Counted from the first letter of the stretch, positions 18,430 through 27,824 are shown. The stretch: DNA of 57,745 nucleotides from a virus (IMGVR_UViG_3300009506_000036:1-57745); one strand, 5' to 3'. Numbers and translations: made by a program. The notes: generated by a model not told the origin, from the letters alone.

Positions 18430-18974
18430 TGCTTCACTTCGGAGTCGATGGCGGCGTCTATCTGCTTGACGACGCGCTCCTCTTCGGCGTCCATGGCAGC
18501 GACTGAACAGCGCCATCCTCGCCGATTGATGTTGATCTGACACAGGTACCTGGTCTTGAGCGCCTCGTACTTGGCCCTCACCTCCTGGTACTCATGATGG
18601 GCAGCGAGCAAGTCCACCTGCTGGGCCGGGGTTACTGAGCCACGCCTGACGAACAGGATGGGGTTGAATTGCTTGTCGTTGCCTCTGGACTTGAAGCAGT
18701 GTCCTTTGGTTGTGCTTGACCCCATGAGGCCGAAGTAGGTGATCTCACTGAACTCCCCTCGACTGCCGTCGTAGATCACGAAGGTCTTTTTGACGGAAGA
18801 TCTGCGCTTGCGCATCTCATCCTGGGTGACCTTTTCATTGATGGCGAGCTTCGCCTCATTGAGAGTGTCCTCCTCGCGAGCCACTCGACATCCCGGGGGC
18901 TTGAAAGTGAACTTACCAGTGTCGGTGTCGAGGAAGATCTCGACTTCCTTGTACGTCGTGACGTGGTTGATCAT
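18426..18974 (-). CDS. Hypothetical protein
   Basis: 182-aa ORF in the operon orientation. Confidence 0.7.
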   Translation of the reverse strand: MINHVTTYKEVEIFLDTDTGKFTFKPPGCRVAREEDTLNEAKLAINEKVTQDEMRKRRSSVKKTFVIYDGSRGEFSEITYFGLMGSSTTKGHCFKSRGNDKQFNPILFVRRGSVTPAQQVDLLAAHHEYQEVRAKYEALKTRYLCQININRRGWRCSVAAMDAEEERVVKQIDAAIDSEVKQ

Positions 18975-18976
18975 GG

Positions 18977-19378
18977 CTAGTTGTTTCCTGTGTGTGATTG
19001 GGTTTGTTGGTTGACTTGTGCTGTGATGATCTTCTTGATCGCTGAGGCCTCGGCCCCGAAGGTCGGGTTCTTGAACACCAGGCTGCCCTGGACCTGGGCC
19101 TCCAGGACGTTGAGCAGGAACTGCAACTGGCTCTTCGTGATGTGCAGCACGGCATCGGTAGGCTGTTCCAGTCGATGACAGATGTTCCAGCTGGACACCA
19201 GCCGATACCCCAGCATGTGAGCCTGCTCGAAATTGCCAGTAGCAAAGATCGCCCCGATGATGAGTACACCATCATCCTCAGAACGCTCAGCGATCCAACC
19301 AGCTATGCCTTGCTTGAGACTGTCCCCCTCCTGGCACTCATGGTACTCCAGTCTCAGTCCGTCGAGGGAATCTGACAT
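18977..19378 (-). CDS. Hypothetical protein
   Basis: MSDSLDG start with GGAGG upstream. Confidence 0.55.
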   Translation of the reverse strand: MSDSLDGLRLEYHECQEGDSLKQGIAGWIAERSEDDGVLIIGAIFATGNFEQAHMLGYRLVSSWNICHRLEQPTDAVLHITKSQLQFLLNVLEAQVQGSLVFKNPTFGAEASAIKKIITAQVNQQTQSHTGNN

Positions 19379-19560
19379 ACCCGCCAGTCCTCCATTGCCA
19401 ACCAGCGCAGGCACAGCTCGAATCCGTACTGCTTGGCCTTCTCTTCCGTGTCGAAGTAGAGTGAGTTGCGACTCCACTCGGTCTTTCCACAGGCCAGTAC
19501 TTCGACTACGTACTCACCATGGTGTTGCTCGTCGAGCGGGATTGACTTGGACGGCTCCAT
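19354..19560 (-). CDS. Small phage early protein
   Basis: WSRNSLYFDTEEKAKQYG...RW pattern; AGGAGG RBS. Confidence 0.7.
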   Translation of the reverse strand: MEPSKSIPLDEQHHGEYVVEVLACGKTEWSRNSLYFDTEEKAKQYGFELCLRWLAMEDWRVCQIPSTD

Positions 19561-19562
19561 GT

Positions 19563-19856
19563 CTAGTCCTCCTTTTTCACGTAAACGTGGAATACATATC
19601 CGGTAGGTGTGATCACTGTGTTGATGAACCTAAGTCCCCGCAGACAGACTGAGTCACCTGTTCTGAACACATAGACTGACACGGTGGTGTAGTAGTTATC
19701 TATGGGAGCTACTTCGGCCCACAGGACCACTTGACTACTATCGTCCGTGTCTTGAAGCCCGGCAGAGATAACTTTCGCTTTCCCTTTGATGTCGATCTTG
19801 TTCTCTTTCCCGTAGTAACCTTGTGCTGGTACTAAGTACCTGTAAATGAATCGCAT
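19563..19856 (-). CDS. Conserved-type phage hypothetical protein (DUF7352-like, from memory)
   Basis: IYRY...AGLQ...LWAEV...TG...FINTV...VFHVY; AGGAGG RBS. Confidence 0.65.
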   Translation of the reverse strand: MRFIYRYLVPAQGYYGKENKIDIKGKAKVISAGLQDTDDSSQVVLWAEVAPIDNYYTTVSVYVFRTGDSVCLRGLRFINTVITPTGYVFHVYVKKED

Positions 19857-19932
19857 TGCTAGTCCTCCTTGATGATTCCGATCCGACAACGGTAAACGAA
19901 CACCATCGTAGTCATAGTCAGTTCTCCTCGGG

Positions 19933-20226
19933 CTAGATGCCCATCTTGGTTCGCTCGAATAGGTCTGCGATAGCTTTCACATTCGCAGCCAGTGGGTCCT
20001 GTCCTAGTTCTTCTATCACGTACTCCAGTTGCTCCCTAATGGCCCGTCGAAGACTCATCTCGGTCTTGAAGCGCTGGTACGTGTCCGGGTACAGTCGTTC
20101 GAGGATGTTGTCCTCGTCAACGATCCTGGTCTGCGATTCCTTCCCACCACAGGAAGGGCACCTGAAAGGCACGTCCGCTCCGTCGAGTGAGTAGTACTTG
20201 CAGCTATTGCAGGTCTGGATGATCAT
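19933..20226 (-). CDS. Zn-ribbon protein
   Basis: CNSC...CPSCGG. Confidence 0.65.
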   Translation of the reverse strand: MIIQTCNSCKYYSLDGADVPFRCPSCGGKESQTRIVDEDNILERLYPDTYQRFKTEMSLRRAIREQLEYVIEELGQDPLAANVKAIADLFERTKMGI

Positions 20227-20597
20227 GATCTCTTCTCCAAGCAGATGGTGCAGAGTACTTCACCAGATTCGGACACTCGAAGGTACGTATTGGCGGCACG
20301 TCCCCAGAAGCGGTCATTGCATACGTAGCAAGCTGACCACTGGTTCTCGGGAATCAGGTGATAGGGAGTCCACCCAGAGCGTCCACTACTGCGTCTCTGC
20401 TCTCGTGCCCCCTCAGCCGCAGGAGTGCGGTCCAGAGCATCGAAGCAGCCTGATTCACCTTCCTCGGCCTTGTGAATGAGGAAGGCACCGTGTTCGTCCT
20501 CGTGATCGATGGTGAGACCGTACTTTGTCTCCAGAGCGCGCACGTCCTGCAAGAAGAGGCGCACCAGATCAGTCTGATCAGGGTCGTAGATACTCAT
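20223..20597 (-). CDS. Hypothetical protein with C-terminal CxxC pair
   Basis: 124 aa; ATGA overlaps on both sides. Confidence 0.65.
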   Translation of the reverse strand: MSIYDPDQTDLVRLFLQDVRALETKYGLTIDHEDEHGAFLIHKAEEGESGCFDALDRTPAAEGAREQRRSSGRSGWTPYHLIPENQWSACYVCNDRFWGRAANTYLRVSESGEVLCTICLEKRS

Positions 20598-20851
20598 TGA
20601 TCGATCTCCTCTTTGATCCTGCGCAGTGTCTCCACTGCCTCATTGCCTTCGTTCCCCAGGTTCAGGGTCAGGGACCCCAGTAGAGCGACAGCCAGTTTCA
20701 ACGTGTCTGCCGCAGTGTGTGGACGCAAGAGCATGGTACGTCCTGTGCTGTTGCTGTACAGCTGGAGGAGTCCATCGGATCGGTACGTGCCGGTCGCGTA
20801 GTGTGTACGCGGCTCTCTGGACAGCGACCAGCTGGTGACGATGAACTTCAT
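20594..20851 (-). CDS. Hypothetical protein
   Basis: MKFIVTSW start immediately after the upstream stop. Confidence 0.55.
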   Translation of the reverse strand: MKFIVTSWSLSREPRTHYATGTYRSDGLLQLYSNSTGRTMLLRPHTAADTLKLAVALLGSLTLNLGNEGNEAVETLRRIKEEIDQ

Positions 20852-20852
20852 A

Positions 20853-21272
20853 TCAGCATCCCGCCCGGCGCTCAGCCTCACACAGCCTCGCGTAGTCGAC
20901 CTCCTCGCGGCAGTCCTTGTAGTAGGCCTCGCGGAACAGCGGGGGGAGCTGTTCGGGATCGGCTTCGAGCACCTTGCCGGATCCCTTGCACTCAGGACAT
21001 GCGATGTCGAAGACGCCGCCCTTGTAGTCCTCCATGAAATCCGGATCTGGTCCCTCGCCGCAGGGGTTGTGAGGGTCGAGCCCGTGACCATCGATTGAGG
21101 GGTTGACGATGGTCCCGTCCCCGTCGCAGCGAGTACAGATCTCCCACTTCCCGGGCAGGCTGCACACGAAGTAGTCCTCATCGTCCGGATCAACCTCGAC
21201 ACCGGGCTCGTTCTCGATGGCGCGCTCGTCCTCATCGAATGAGCGGCAGACGCGAAAAGCGAATCGTTGCAT
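20853..21272 (-). CDS. Phage protein with DnaJ-type CxxCxGxG Zn motifs
   Basis: WEICTRCDGDG...DPDFMEDY...CPECKGSG; GGAGGAGG RBS. Confidence 0.75.
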   Translation of the reverse strand: MQRFAFRVCRSFDEDERAIENEPGVEVDPDDEDYFVCSLPGKWEICTRCDGDGTIVNPSIDGHGLDPHNPCGEGPDPDFMEDYKGGVFDIACPECKGSGKVLEADPEQLPPLFREAYYKDCREEVDYARLCEAERRAGC

Positions 21273-21276
21273 GGTT

Positions 21277-21675
21277 CTAGTCCTCCTCCTCGGTAGAACA
21301 TTGTTTGCAGGAATGCCACTCCCCGGGCACACAGCCAACCTTGTGTCTCACTGCACCACACTCGCAACTGTCGAAGTACCGCCCAGTGATGTGTACACTG
21401 TGAACGTGTCTTGTTTTGGCAGGTAGCGTATGGTGGTAGACGGCTACCTGCACCTTGATGGAGTTTGGGTACCTGCGCTGCGACAGCGAAGAGAAGTGGA
21501 AGCGCACACCGTCATCGAGTCGCGCCCAGTGGTTATCATCCCTGAGTCCATCTTTGCTGAGCCGAAGATAGGTGCCTTGCATCCTCCCTCTGATCACTTC
21601 TACCTGGGTACCAGGAAGCATGAGCCGGAGGGCCTTCCATTCCCTTAGTTGATGCTCGGTCGGGGGCTTGCTCAT
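21277..21675 (-). CDS. Hypothetical protein
   Basis: 132 aa; C-terminal CECG...CKQC. Confidence 0.65.
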   Translation of the reverse strand: MSKPPTEHQLREWKALRLMLPGTQVEVIRGRMQGTYLRLSKDGLRDDNHWARLDDGVRFHFSSLSQRRYPNSIKVQVAVYHHTLPAKTRHVHSVHITGRYFDSCECGAVRHKVGCVPGEWHSCKQCSTEEED

Positions 21676-21677
21676 GT

Positions 21678-22442
21678 CTAGCCCTCCGTGGTAGCAAGAG
21701 GCCGGTGGTCTTCACCGTGATCGATCGGGGTCAGCACGCGCGCTCCCTCGGCCTCCAGGGCAGGATCGATCGCACCCCAGGGCAGTCCCCACTTGCCCGC
21801 GCAGATCGGCCCGTAGCCGACGGAGCGCGACTCCTTCGTCGACAGCTCCTTCCCGCAGAAGGAGCACGTCCCCGTAGCCAGGCCGTGCTGGCTCGCGGCC
21901 TCGTCGAGGTGGTCTTGGGACCAGAGCAGCAGCTCGACCACGTCGTCGGTGCAGTCCTTCCCCCGCCGGAAGCCTCCGCCGTCCTGGGCGATGCGTCCGA
22001 AGTAGAGGGAGTCCCCGTAGGGTCCCCCGTCGGTCACCCGGAGATCGCCGGGGTACCGCGAGCGGTCCCCACAGACCTGGATCCGCACCGGGTCCCCGGC
22101 CTTGGTCAAGAGGCGCAGCTGAGGCAGCCTCTTCTGGGCCCCCTTGGCGCGATCGAAGAGCGGGAAGAGTCCCTGCAGGTTGATGGCCTCCTCGCCAGGA
22201 GCGTCCTCCTGGGACGTCTGTCGAGCCTCCTCGATCAGGACAATCGCCCAGTTGACTTGCACCTCGGAGAGGGCGTGTCGCGTCGACTGGTCAGCGAGGG
22301 AGCAGGCGAATCCGTTCTGCGCGAGCACGCCCGCGGGCTCAGTCCAGAGCTGGAGCGTCCGCAGGGCCTCCTCGTCCGTCATCTCGGTGACCACGCTCTT
22401 CGTGGTCCCGTTCCTCTTCTTCACCGTGATGGTCCGCTTCAT
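21678..22442 (-). CDS. DUF6011-like Zn-finger domain protein
   Basis: CSFCGKELSTKESRSVGYGPICA signature. Confidence 0.8.
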   Translation of the reverse strand: MKRTITVKKRNGTTKSVVTEMTDEEALRTLQLWTEPAGVLAQNGFACSLADQSTRHALSEVQVNWAIVLIEEARQTSQEDAPGEEAINLQGLFPLFDRAKGAQKRLPQLRLLTKAGDPVRIQVCGDRSRYPGDLRVTDGGPYGDSLYFGRIAQDGGGFRRGKDCTDDVVELLLWSQDHLDEAASQHGLATGTCSFCGKELSTKESRSVGYGPICAGKWGLPWGAIDPALEAEGARVLTPIDHGEDHRPLATTEG

Positions 22443-22720
22443 TGGTCGACCTCCTCTTCCTCCACAGCTTCGCGGATCAACAGCTCGCCCAGGTTCTTGA
22501 TGCCTTCGTCCAGCTTCTTACGGAACGCGAGAGCGTCCTGTAGTGCCTTCAATATCGCCATCCTCTTCTGCGGCTTGTGCCCGCTAAGGAGTCTGTGCAT
22601 GGACCACGTCCCCCCATTCTCACAGTGAGGGATCCACAGGCCATGCACGTCCACCTTCTCGTCGAGCCGCTCCTGGTCCATCAGGAAGTCCACGGCGGCC
22701 AGCATCGTCTTCTTCTTCAT
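22439..22720 (-). CDS. Hypothetical protein
   Basis: 93 aa; ATGA overlap. Confidence 0.65.
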   Translation of the reverse strand: MKKKTMLAAVDFLMDQERLDEKVDVHGLWIPHCENGGTWSMHRLLSGHKPQKRMAILKALQDALAFRKKLDEGIKNLGELLIREAVEEEEVDQ

Positions 22721-22732
22721 GTGAGTAGTCTC

Positions 22733-22957
22733 CTATCGTTTCGCAGGGTAGCGCTTCCGGATCGTCGCGGCGAGTCTACGCAGACTCCCGGTGTCGAGTG
22801 ATCCGTACCAGGCGAGCGCGTCCTTTCGGATCGCTCGCATCTTCTCGATCACGTAGTCCTCGCAGCAGGAATCGGGCGAGAGTCCGTACACTTCCATTAC
22901 CACGTCCCTGGGAGATGTGTTGTGGATGTACAGGGCGAATCCTTTCAGGCTGATCAC
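22733..22957 (-). CDS. Hypothetical protein
   Basis: 74 aa; GTGA overlap. Confidence 0.6.
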   Translation of the reverse strand: MISLKGFALYIHNTSPRDVVMEVYGLSPDSCCEDYVIEKMRAIRKDALAWYGSLDTGSLRRLAATIRKRYPAKR

Positions 22958-23322
22958 TGGTCGTCCCCCTTCTCATCGTCGACGAGTCCCTGAATGATGT
23001 CGAGTTGACGCTGCAATTGCCCGACGAGCGCCTCGCGGTACTCTTCCACGGTTCCCTCGAAAGGGTAGTCCAGGAGCTGGCGGAACGCGTCCACGTCCAC
23101 GGTCAACTGCCGATCGGCCAGGAGGATGTCCTGTCTCAGCGGGTCCTCGGTGGACCAGTAGAGTCCCGACGCGTAACGCGTCGTCTGCGCGTACACCGAT
23201 TCCACAGGAATCAGCACGGCGCTATGGGTTGGATCGTTGTCCATGTAGTGATCAGTCCGGACGCAGTACGAATAATCGTACTCGACCGGGGCAGTTGTCC
23301 AGACGAGTCGGTAGCGTTTCAT
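22954..23322 (-). CDS. Hypothetical protein
   Basis: MKRYRLV start with AGGAGG. Confidence 0.65.
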   Translation of the reverse strand: MKRYRLVWTTAPVEYDYSYCVRTDHYMDNDPTHSAVLIPVESVYAQTTRYASGLYWSTEDPLRQDILLADRQLTVDVDAFRQLLDYPFEGTVEEYREALVGQLQRQLDIIQGLVDDEKGDDQ

Positions 23323-23323
23323 C

Positions 23324-23878
23324 TTACTCGGTCCTCCTGATGTACTGTGCCCGGCCAAGCAAACCAGGGCATCCCTTGTGTCGATAGATCGCTCCACGTT
23401 CCTGAATGTTTGCGTGTCGCTTGCCAGTAGCTTCAATCTCGAAGCCACAGATAGAACACTTGTACAGGTACCGTTTCATGGTCCTGCGTTTCACGAGCAA
23501 CCCCATCTCGGAGCAGTGAGTAGTCCGATTCCCGTCCGCTCCGAATTGCCTCGCGATAGCTCGCCAGTAGATGTTATGGCCAGCAGTCTTAGGTGCGGCA
23601 ATGTGGGCCAGCTCGTGACGGATTGTTTCTTCGCGCCTGTGGGCATTCTCGGGCGCGGCCAGAAGTCGCGAGAGCTTGACTCGTTTCAATCCCCAGTTAG
23701 CAGACCCGAGGGTTTGCGTCATCCGGGGACCAATCTCCATCCAAGTCCCTTGAAGTCGCTTCGCGTACTGTGGGAATCGTTCACACAGTTCCCTCCGGAT
23801 TGATAGGAAGAGGGGATGGAGAATCAAGTAGGCTTCATGTTTGTCCGGCAAGTTGCGTAGAGCGCGTTCCGGTACCAT
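23324..23878 (-). CDS. SprT-like zinc metalloprotease
   Basis: RMTQTLGSA, TIRHELAH, GH...W, YKCSICG...YRH; AGGAG RBS. Confidence 0.85.
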   Translation of the reverse strand: MVPERALRNLPDKHEAYLILHPLFLSIRRELCERFPQYAKRLQGTWMEIGPRMTQTLGSANWGLKRVKLSRLLAAPENAHRREETIRHELAHIAAPKTAGHNIYWRAIARQFGADGNRTTHCSEMGLLVKRRTMKRYLYKCSICGFEIEATGKRHANIQERGAIYRHKGCPGLLGRAQYIRRTE

Positions 23879-24064
23879 GTCCAGGCTCCTTTTGTTTGCT
23901 AGGGTCAGTGAAATACAATCGGGCACTGTGCTCCGATTGTTTGTAGGGTGGGGAGCGGTTCGCACGCCGGGCCACTACTCCTGGCTGCGCTCCTGACCTC
24001 CCCCGGTCCCTTGTGCGGGGACCGTGTACGGGCGGGACCGGGGAGGGTCCCGCAGTGCCCTGCT

Positions 24065-24277
24065 CTACGCGGGCTGGACGAGGCCTCTGGGGCAGGGCCC
24101 GTAGTCCTTTCGAGTCGCGCCGAGGGTATCGATCACGAGTCGATACCCGATTGCATGTCGGAAATTCAGAATTGCGAGTCGACGCGTCGGGGCCCAAACA
24201 ATCCAGCGGGCCCGTTCTTGCGTTTCGGGGTCCTCAGTGTGAACAATCCACGGGCGGACTTTCGGTATTCCGTTCAT
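24065..24277 (-). CDS. Small hypothetical protein
   Basis: ATGA overlap with the upstream gene. Confidence 0.5.
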   Translation of the reverse strand: MNGIPKVRPWIVHTEDPETQERARWIVWAPTRRLAILNFRHAIGYRLVIDTLGATRKDYGPCPRGLVQPA

Positions 24278-24480
24278 CTCACTCTCGCTTCCCAAAAGGG
24301 ATCAAACGCGCCGGGGATATCGATCCACAGGCTTCCGTCGATTGAGTCGCGGAAGTATTCCCAATGGTATCCACTGCGCGAGACGATGGTTTGTGACTCC
24401 GGAGTCGATCTAACGTACAAGTCCGATTCGTACGATTCGATCTGGCATCCGGCTTTCTTCAGGTCCTCGTATACAGTCAT
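24274..24480 (-). CDS. Small phage early protein
   Basis: MTVYEDLKKAG...YESDLYV...IDGSLWIDIP; GGAGG RBS. Confidence 0.65.
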   Translation of the reverse strand: MTVYEDLKKAGCQIESYESDLYVRSTPESQTIVSRSGYHWEYFRDSIDGSLWIDIPGAFDPFWEARVR

Positions 24481-24481
24481 T

Positions 24482-25216
24482 TCAGACGTCCTCCGTCTTT
24501 TCAGTAGCGGAAGGAAGGTACTTTGCTCCCGAACCATGTCCGGGAATCGTGATCGATAGCGCACCGATTGAACATCCTCGACAGAGTAAACAGTCGGTAC
24601 ACTTGGTCCCTTTCGTTTCGGATGGACAAACGATACTGAACTCGTCGGGCTCGCCTGTCGCAAAGTAGCGCCACCCGGTAGCGCGCGCGTCGGAGCGGTC
24701 TTGATCGGTGTCACAGCTGGCCATAAAGAACTCACGGGCCCATGCGTACCGATCTTTGCGCCACTGGTGAGTGTATCCTGTCCACCCGGCAGATTGTTTA
24801 GCAATGCGCCGGACTACCATTTCAGGGATCAAGACTGGTTCCCCGTACGCTCCAAAGCGTACGCGTTTCCCCCGGAAGACGCTCCAATCTCCCCGGAGCG
24901 GAGGGTAGATTCCCCGGGCCAGTCCAAAGTAGACTCCCCGGGGGGCTTGTCCTACGTTGACATAGCAAGCCCTGTGACCGCCGTGGCCGTCTCCTCGCAA
25001 GGGACAATCCAGACAGACCACGGAATCGAGTCCGGTCCGGACCGCTTCCACGGGATCAATGTGGGGGACAATCCAGACCTGAATCATCGGGCCAGTCTTT
25101 TCGTTTCTACTGGCCTGCGTGAATCCGGTGGCCACCACGGTGAAATGCTTACCACGGTGGAGAATGAATCCATTGGCCAGTGCCTTGGATTGTTTGCGTC
25201 GCTGTGTGCGATTCAC
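24482..25216 (-). CDS. Cys-rich protein, possibly Fe-S/radical-SAM-like (GP88/DUF7227-like, from memory)
   Basis: NEKTG, CLDCPL...CY, RFGAYGEP, WTGYTHQW, MASCD, CP...CTDCLLC. Confidence 0.7.
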   Translation of the reverse strand: MNRTQRRKQSKALANGFILHRGKHFTVVATGFTQASRNEKTGPMIQVWIVPHIDPVEAVRTGLDSVVCLDCPLRGDGHGGHRACYVNVGQAPRGVYFGLARGIYPPLRGDWSVFRGKRVRFGAYGEPVLIPEMVVRRIAKQSAGWTGYTHQWRKDRYAWAREFFMASCDTDQDRSDARATGWRYFATGEPDEFSIVCPSETKGTKCTDCLLCRGCSIGALSITIPGHGSGAKYLPSATEKTEDV

Positions 25217-25851
25217 TGAATCGGTCCTCCTTGATTCACAAGGGCCAGGGCCAGGCGCTTCCGGGAATCACTTCGGCGCGCATACCAATACTTGCCACGT
25301 CGATGCCAGCGGAATCCAGCTGAGCGAAGCATCGAAAGGATTCGGGCCTCGGGGCGAGAAGCGAATGTGATCTCGATTCCGTCCTTTTCGATGTTCTCGC
25401 GATACGAGCACTGAGGGACCGCCGGACATTCCGTAGCCTTGTCCTGGAAGATTGCGTCCGGGGAGAGGAACTGTAGCGGGTCAACGTCGGAGCGCAGTGC
25501 CCTGGATTGGTTCCGCGAGACCTTGCCCTGTGAATCGATGCGTGATTGCCAGTTCGCGATTGCGTGCGCAGCCCCTGCAATCGCGAGTACGGCGTTAGAT
25601 CCAAGGGCGAGTATCCGTCCGTCGGCCTTGACCAATCCGATGGCGGGATCGGATTGCCCTGATTCGTGCTCTTGAATGATTCGGCGCGCGTCATCGGCGG
25701 ATTCCGCGTCGACGATTGCGACTGTCCCTTTTCCTTCTTCCGCCATACGCTGGAAGTCCCGAATCCGGATGGCCGAGCATTCCGCCGTGGCCGTGCCTTG
25801 TACCTTGTAAATGCGACACCGTTTCGGTTTCCACAGGATGAGCGTTTTCAT
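25213..25851 (-). CDS. Early protein with C-terminal 'GIEI.F..RP...GFRW...WY' domain
   Basis: NIEKDGIEITFASRPEARILSMLRSAGFRWHRRGKYWYAR, a module I recall from polyvalent/leading-region proteins. Confidence 0.7.
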   Translation of the reverse strand: MKTLILWKPKRCRIYKVQGTATAECSAIRIRDFQRMAEEGKGTVAIVDAESADDARRIIQEHESGQSDPAIGLVKADGRILALGSNAVLAIAGAAHAIANWQSRIDSQGKVSRNQSRALRSDVDPLQFLSPDAIFQDKATECPAVPQCSYRENIEKDGIEITFASRPEARILSMLRSAGFRWHRRGKYWYARRSDSRKRLALALVNQGGPIQ

Positions 25852-25927
25852 GTTTGTTTCCTTGTGTAGTGGATTGCAGTGAGTAGTGGAAAGCAAAGGG
25901 AACGCGTGGCGTCTTCCCTTTGTGTGC
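25849..25927 (-). promoter_or_regulatory. Repeated leader element, copy 1 (hairpin plus translation-initiation region)
   Basis: CAAAGGGAACGC-N3-GCGTCTTCCCTTTG hairpin (25894-25922) and TCCACTACACAAGGAAACAAACATG, near-identical to copy 2. Confidence 0.7.
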
Positions 25928-26006
25928 GGGGAGGGAAGGCAAGAGGAGAGCACGGGAGAGAGAGAACCCGCGCGCGTCACTCGATTGCCTTCCCTGTACT
26001 ACTGAA

Positions 26007-26234
26007 TCAGAACCATGTCCAGCTGGTCATGATTTCCTCGGCGAACGTGTCGGAGCAAGTGATCAAGGCCAACCGGACATTGTCCAGCGCCCGCACCTTT
26101 GACTGGACGGCTAGCCGTCTCATCCTTTCCCCCTCCGGGATCGATCGGATCTTCCGTTCACCTTGTTCGCGGATTCTGTCGAGAGCTTGAATCATCATCT
26201 CGACCCTGCCGTTTGTTTGACTTTGTAAGCACAT
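26007..26234 (-). CDS. Small hypothetical protein (first gene of the leftward arm)
   Basis: 75 aa; preceded by the repeated leader. Confidence 0.65.
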   Translation of the reverse strand: MCLQSQTNGRVEMMIQALDRIREQGERKIRSIPEGERMRRLAVQSKVRALDNVRLALITCSDTFAEEIMTSWTWF

Positions 26235-26325
26235 GTTTGTTTCCTAGTGTAGTGGAAAAGGAAAAGGAAAAGGAAAAGGAAAAGGAAAAGCAAAGGGAAC
26301 GCATTGCGTCTTCCCTTTGTGAGCG
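26232..26325 (-). promoter_or_regulatory. Repeated leader element, copy 2
   Basis: Hairpin 26291-26319 and TCCACTACACTAGGAAACAAACATG. Confidence 0.7.
26254..26289. repeat. (GGAAAA)6 microsatellite
   Basis: Six perfect copies inside leader copy 2. Confidence 0.95.
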
Positions 26326-26888
26326 GAGCGGTTCGATCGGTTTCCTATGAATCGAACCGCGCGCCGATTGTCTGTTGTTTTATCGATCCAATCGAACGGG
26401 ACAATCGAACGGTTTCGATTGAATCGGCTCGCCGTTTCTCCGTGATCCCTCGGGGCGGATTGAAACGGTATCTAGTTGAAAAGGAGTGTGGCGCGACTCA
26501 CTTCGGCAATCCCTTGCGCATCTCCAATGGCCCGCAATCGGCGGGAGAGAGCGCATGGCCCCTGGTGTGTCACCCCCCGCCGGATGCGCCCGGGCCCTTG
26601 GGCACCCCTTTTCAGAGTGTCCGGCCCGGGCCCCTACGGGGCACCAGGGCACGGGCCCCCACACTGTCACTGTGGGGTGCCTTGCCGTGCCTAGTTGCTC
26701 GTTCGGCGCGTGGCGCGCTCTACCCTGTGGGGTGAGGCCTCTCGACTTATCGGGGGATCGGCCGGGCCGTCCCTCAGCATCGGGCGGGGACGGGGACCGA
26801 TCGGTCGGGCGAGAATGGCGCGGGCGTTTCCGAACGGGCGAGATGTCACAGAACACCCTATAGACTACCCTTCTCCTATGCGTGAGCA

Positions 26889-26938
26889 ACAGTGCAAACG
26901 GTTCGGAATAGGGCATTCCTACTAACCGTTTGCACTGT
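26889..26938. repeat. 15-bp perfect inverted repeat
   Basis: ACAGTGCAAACGGTT-N20-AACCGTTTGCACTGT. Confidence 0.9.
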
Positions 26939-27459
26939 ATAGACTTATGACCGCTTGTTTTTTCGGGATTGCCCTGGACGATCAAGGGGTGGGCCAGGGC
27001 TAGCGGGTCCCGTGCGCTCCTGTGGGGCCCTGTGGGCGCGCGGGCCCCTGGCCAGGGGTCACAGGGGCCCGGGCCCTGTGGCGCTCTCCTGGGGGGCCCT
27101 GTGGGGCCCGCGCGGGGACCGTTTACACTGTAAAACAGTGCGCACTATTACCGGGAATCGTGGTTTTCCCTTGACTGTCACGAGCGCTCCTGTGGGGCCT
27201 TGTGAGAGCACGAGTGGTGTCCGGGTCATATAACCCTCAGTGATTGTAAAAAGCTCGACAGGAGCGATTCTAGGATTTTACAATATATGCGACATCCTAT
27301 AATGGGCATTCTAGGGGCCGTGAAGGCCGATTCTGATAGGAAATTGCATATACAGTGGTCAGGAAAGCATACTCTAGCGGGTTATAGGGTATGAATCTTG
27401 TGGCTAACCCGGATCGGGGATCACAGGCGCACAGACCCCACAGGGGTGTGCCGTGCGTC

Positions 27460-27721
27460 CTAAGTCCTTTGCTGGCAAGGGGTTATGTCGACGTGACTCA
27501 GCCAGAGGACCAAACCTCTTATAAGGAAACGTAGGTGGTGTTATTGTGGTATACTACTTGCTACACTCATTTCACTCAGTTTAGGGGACACAATGTTGCC
27601 AAATGGGCTAAGTATAGTAATAACAAGGGGTTACGTCGACACAGGGTAGGTTTTGGGGGTGTGCCGATGTGCGGTTATACGAGGGGTTATATGAGCTAAG
27701 CCTAGTAATAACAATGGGTTA
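27460..27721 (+). repeat. Three 26-bp CTAAG-N11-CAANGGGTTA motifs (IHF-site-like)
   Basis: Copies at 27460-27485, 27608-27633 and 27696-27721; a fourth, more divergent, on the minus strand at 26923-26948. Confidence 0.75.
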
Positions 27722-27767
27722 GGGCATATAACCCCCCTCTCTTTATACAAGGATATAGCATTTATAA

Positions 27768-27824
27768 GTAAGTGACCACTTACACTTATAACCCTTATAA
27801 GGGATATAGTAAGTGATCACTTAC
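27768..27824. repeat. Tandem palindromes GTAAGTGA(C/T)CACTTAC flanking CCCTTATAAGGG
   Basis: 27768-27783, 27792-27803, 27809-27824. Confidence 0.85.

Noticed and set aside
27277-27303. TTTACA-N15-TATAAT promoter
   Set aside because: Short spacer and about 1.2 kb from the nearest plus-strand gene; plausible but unsupported
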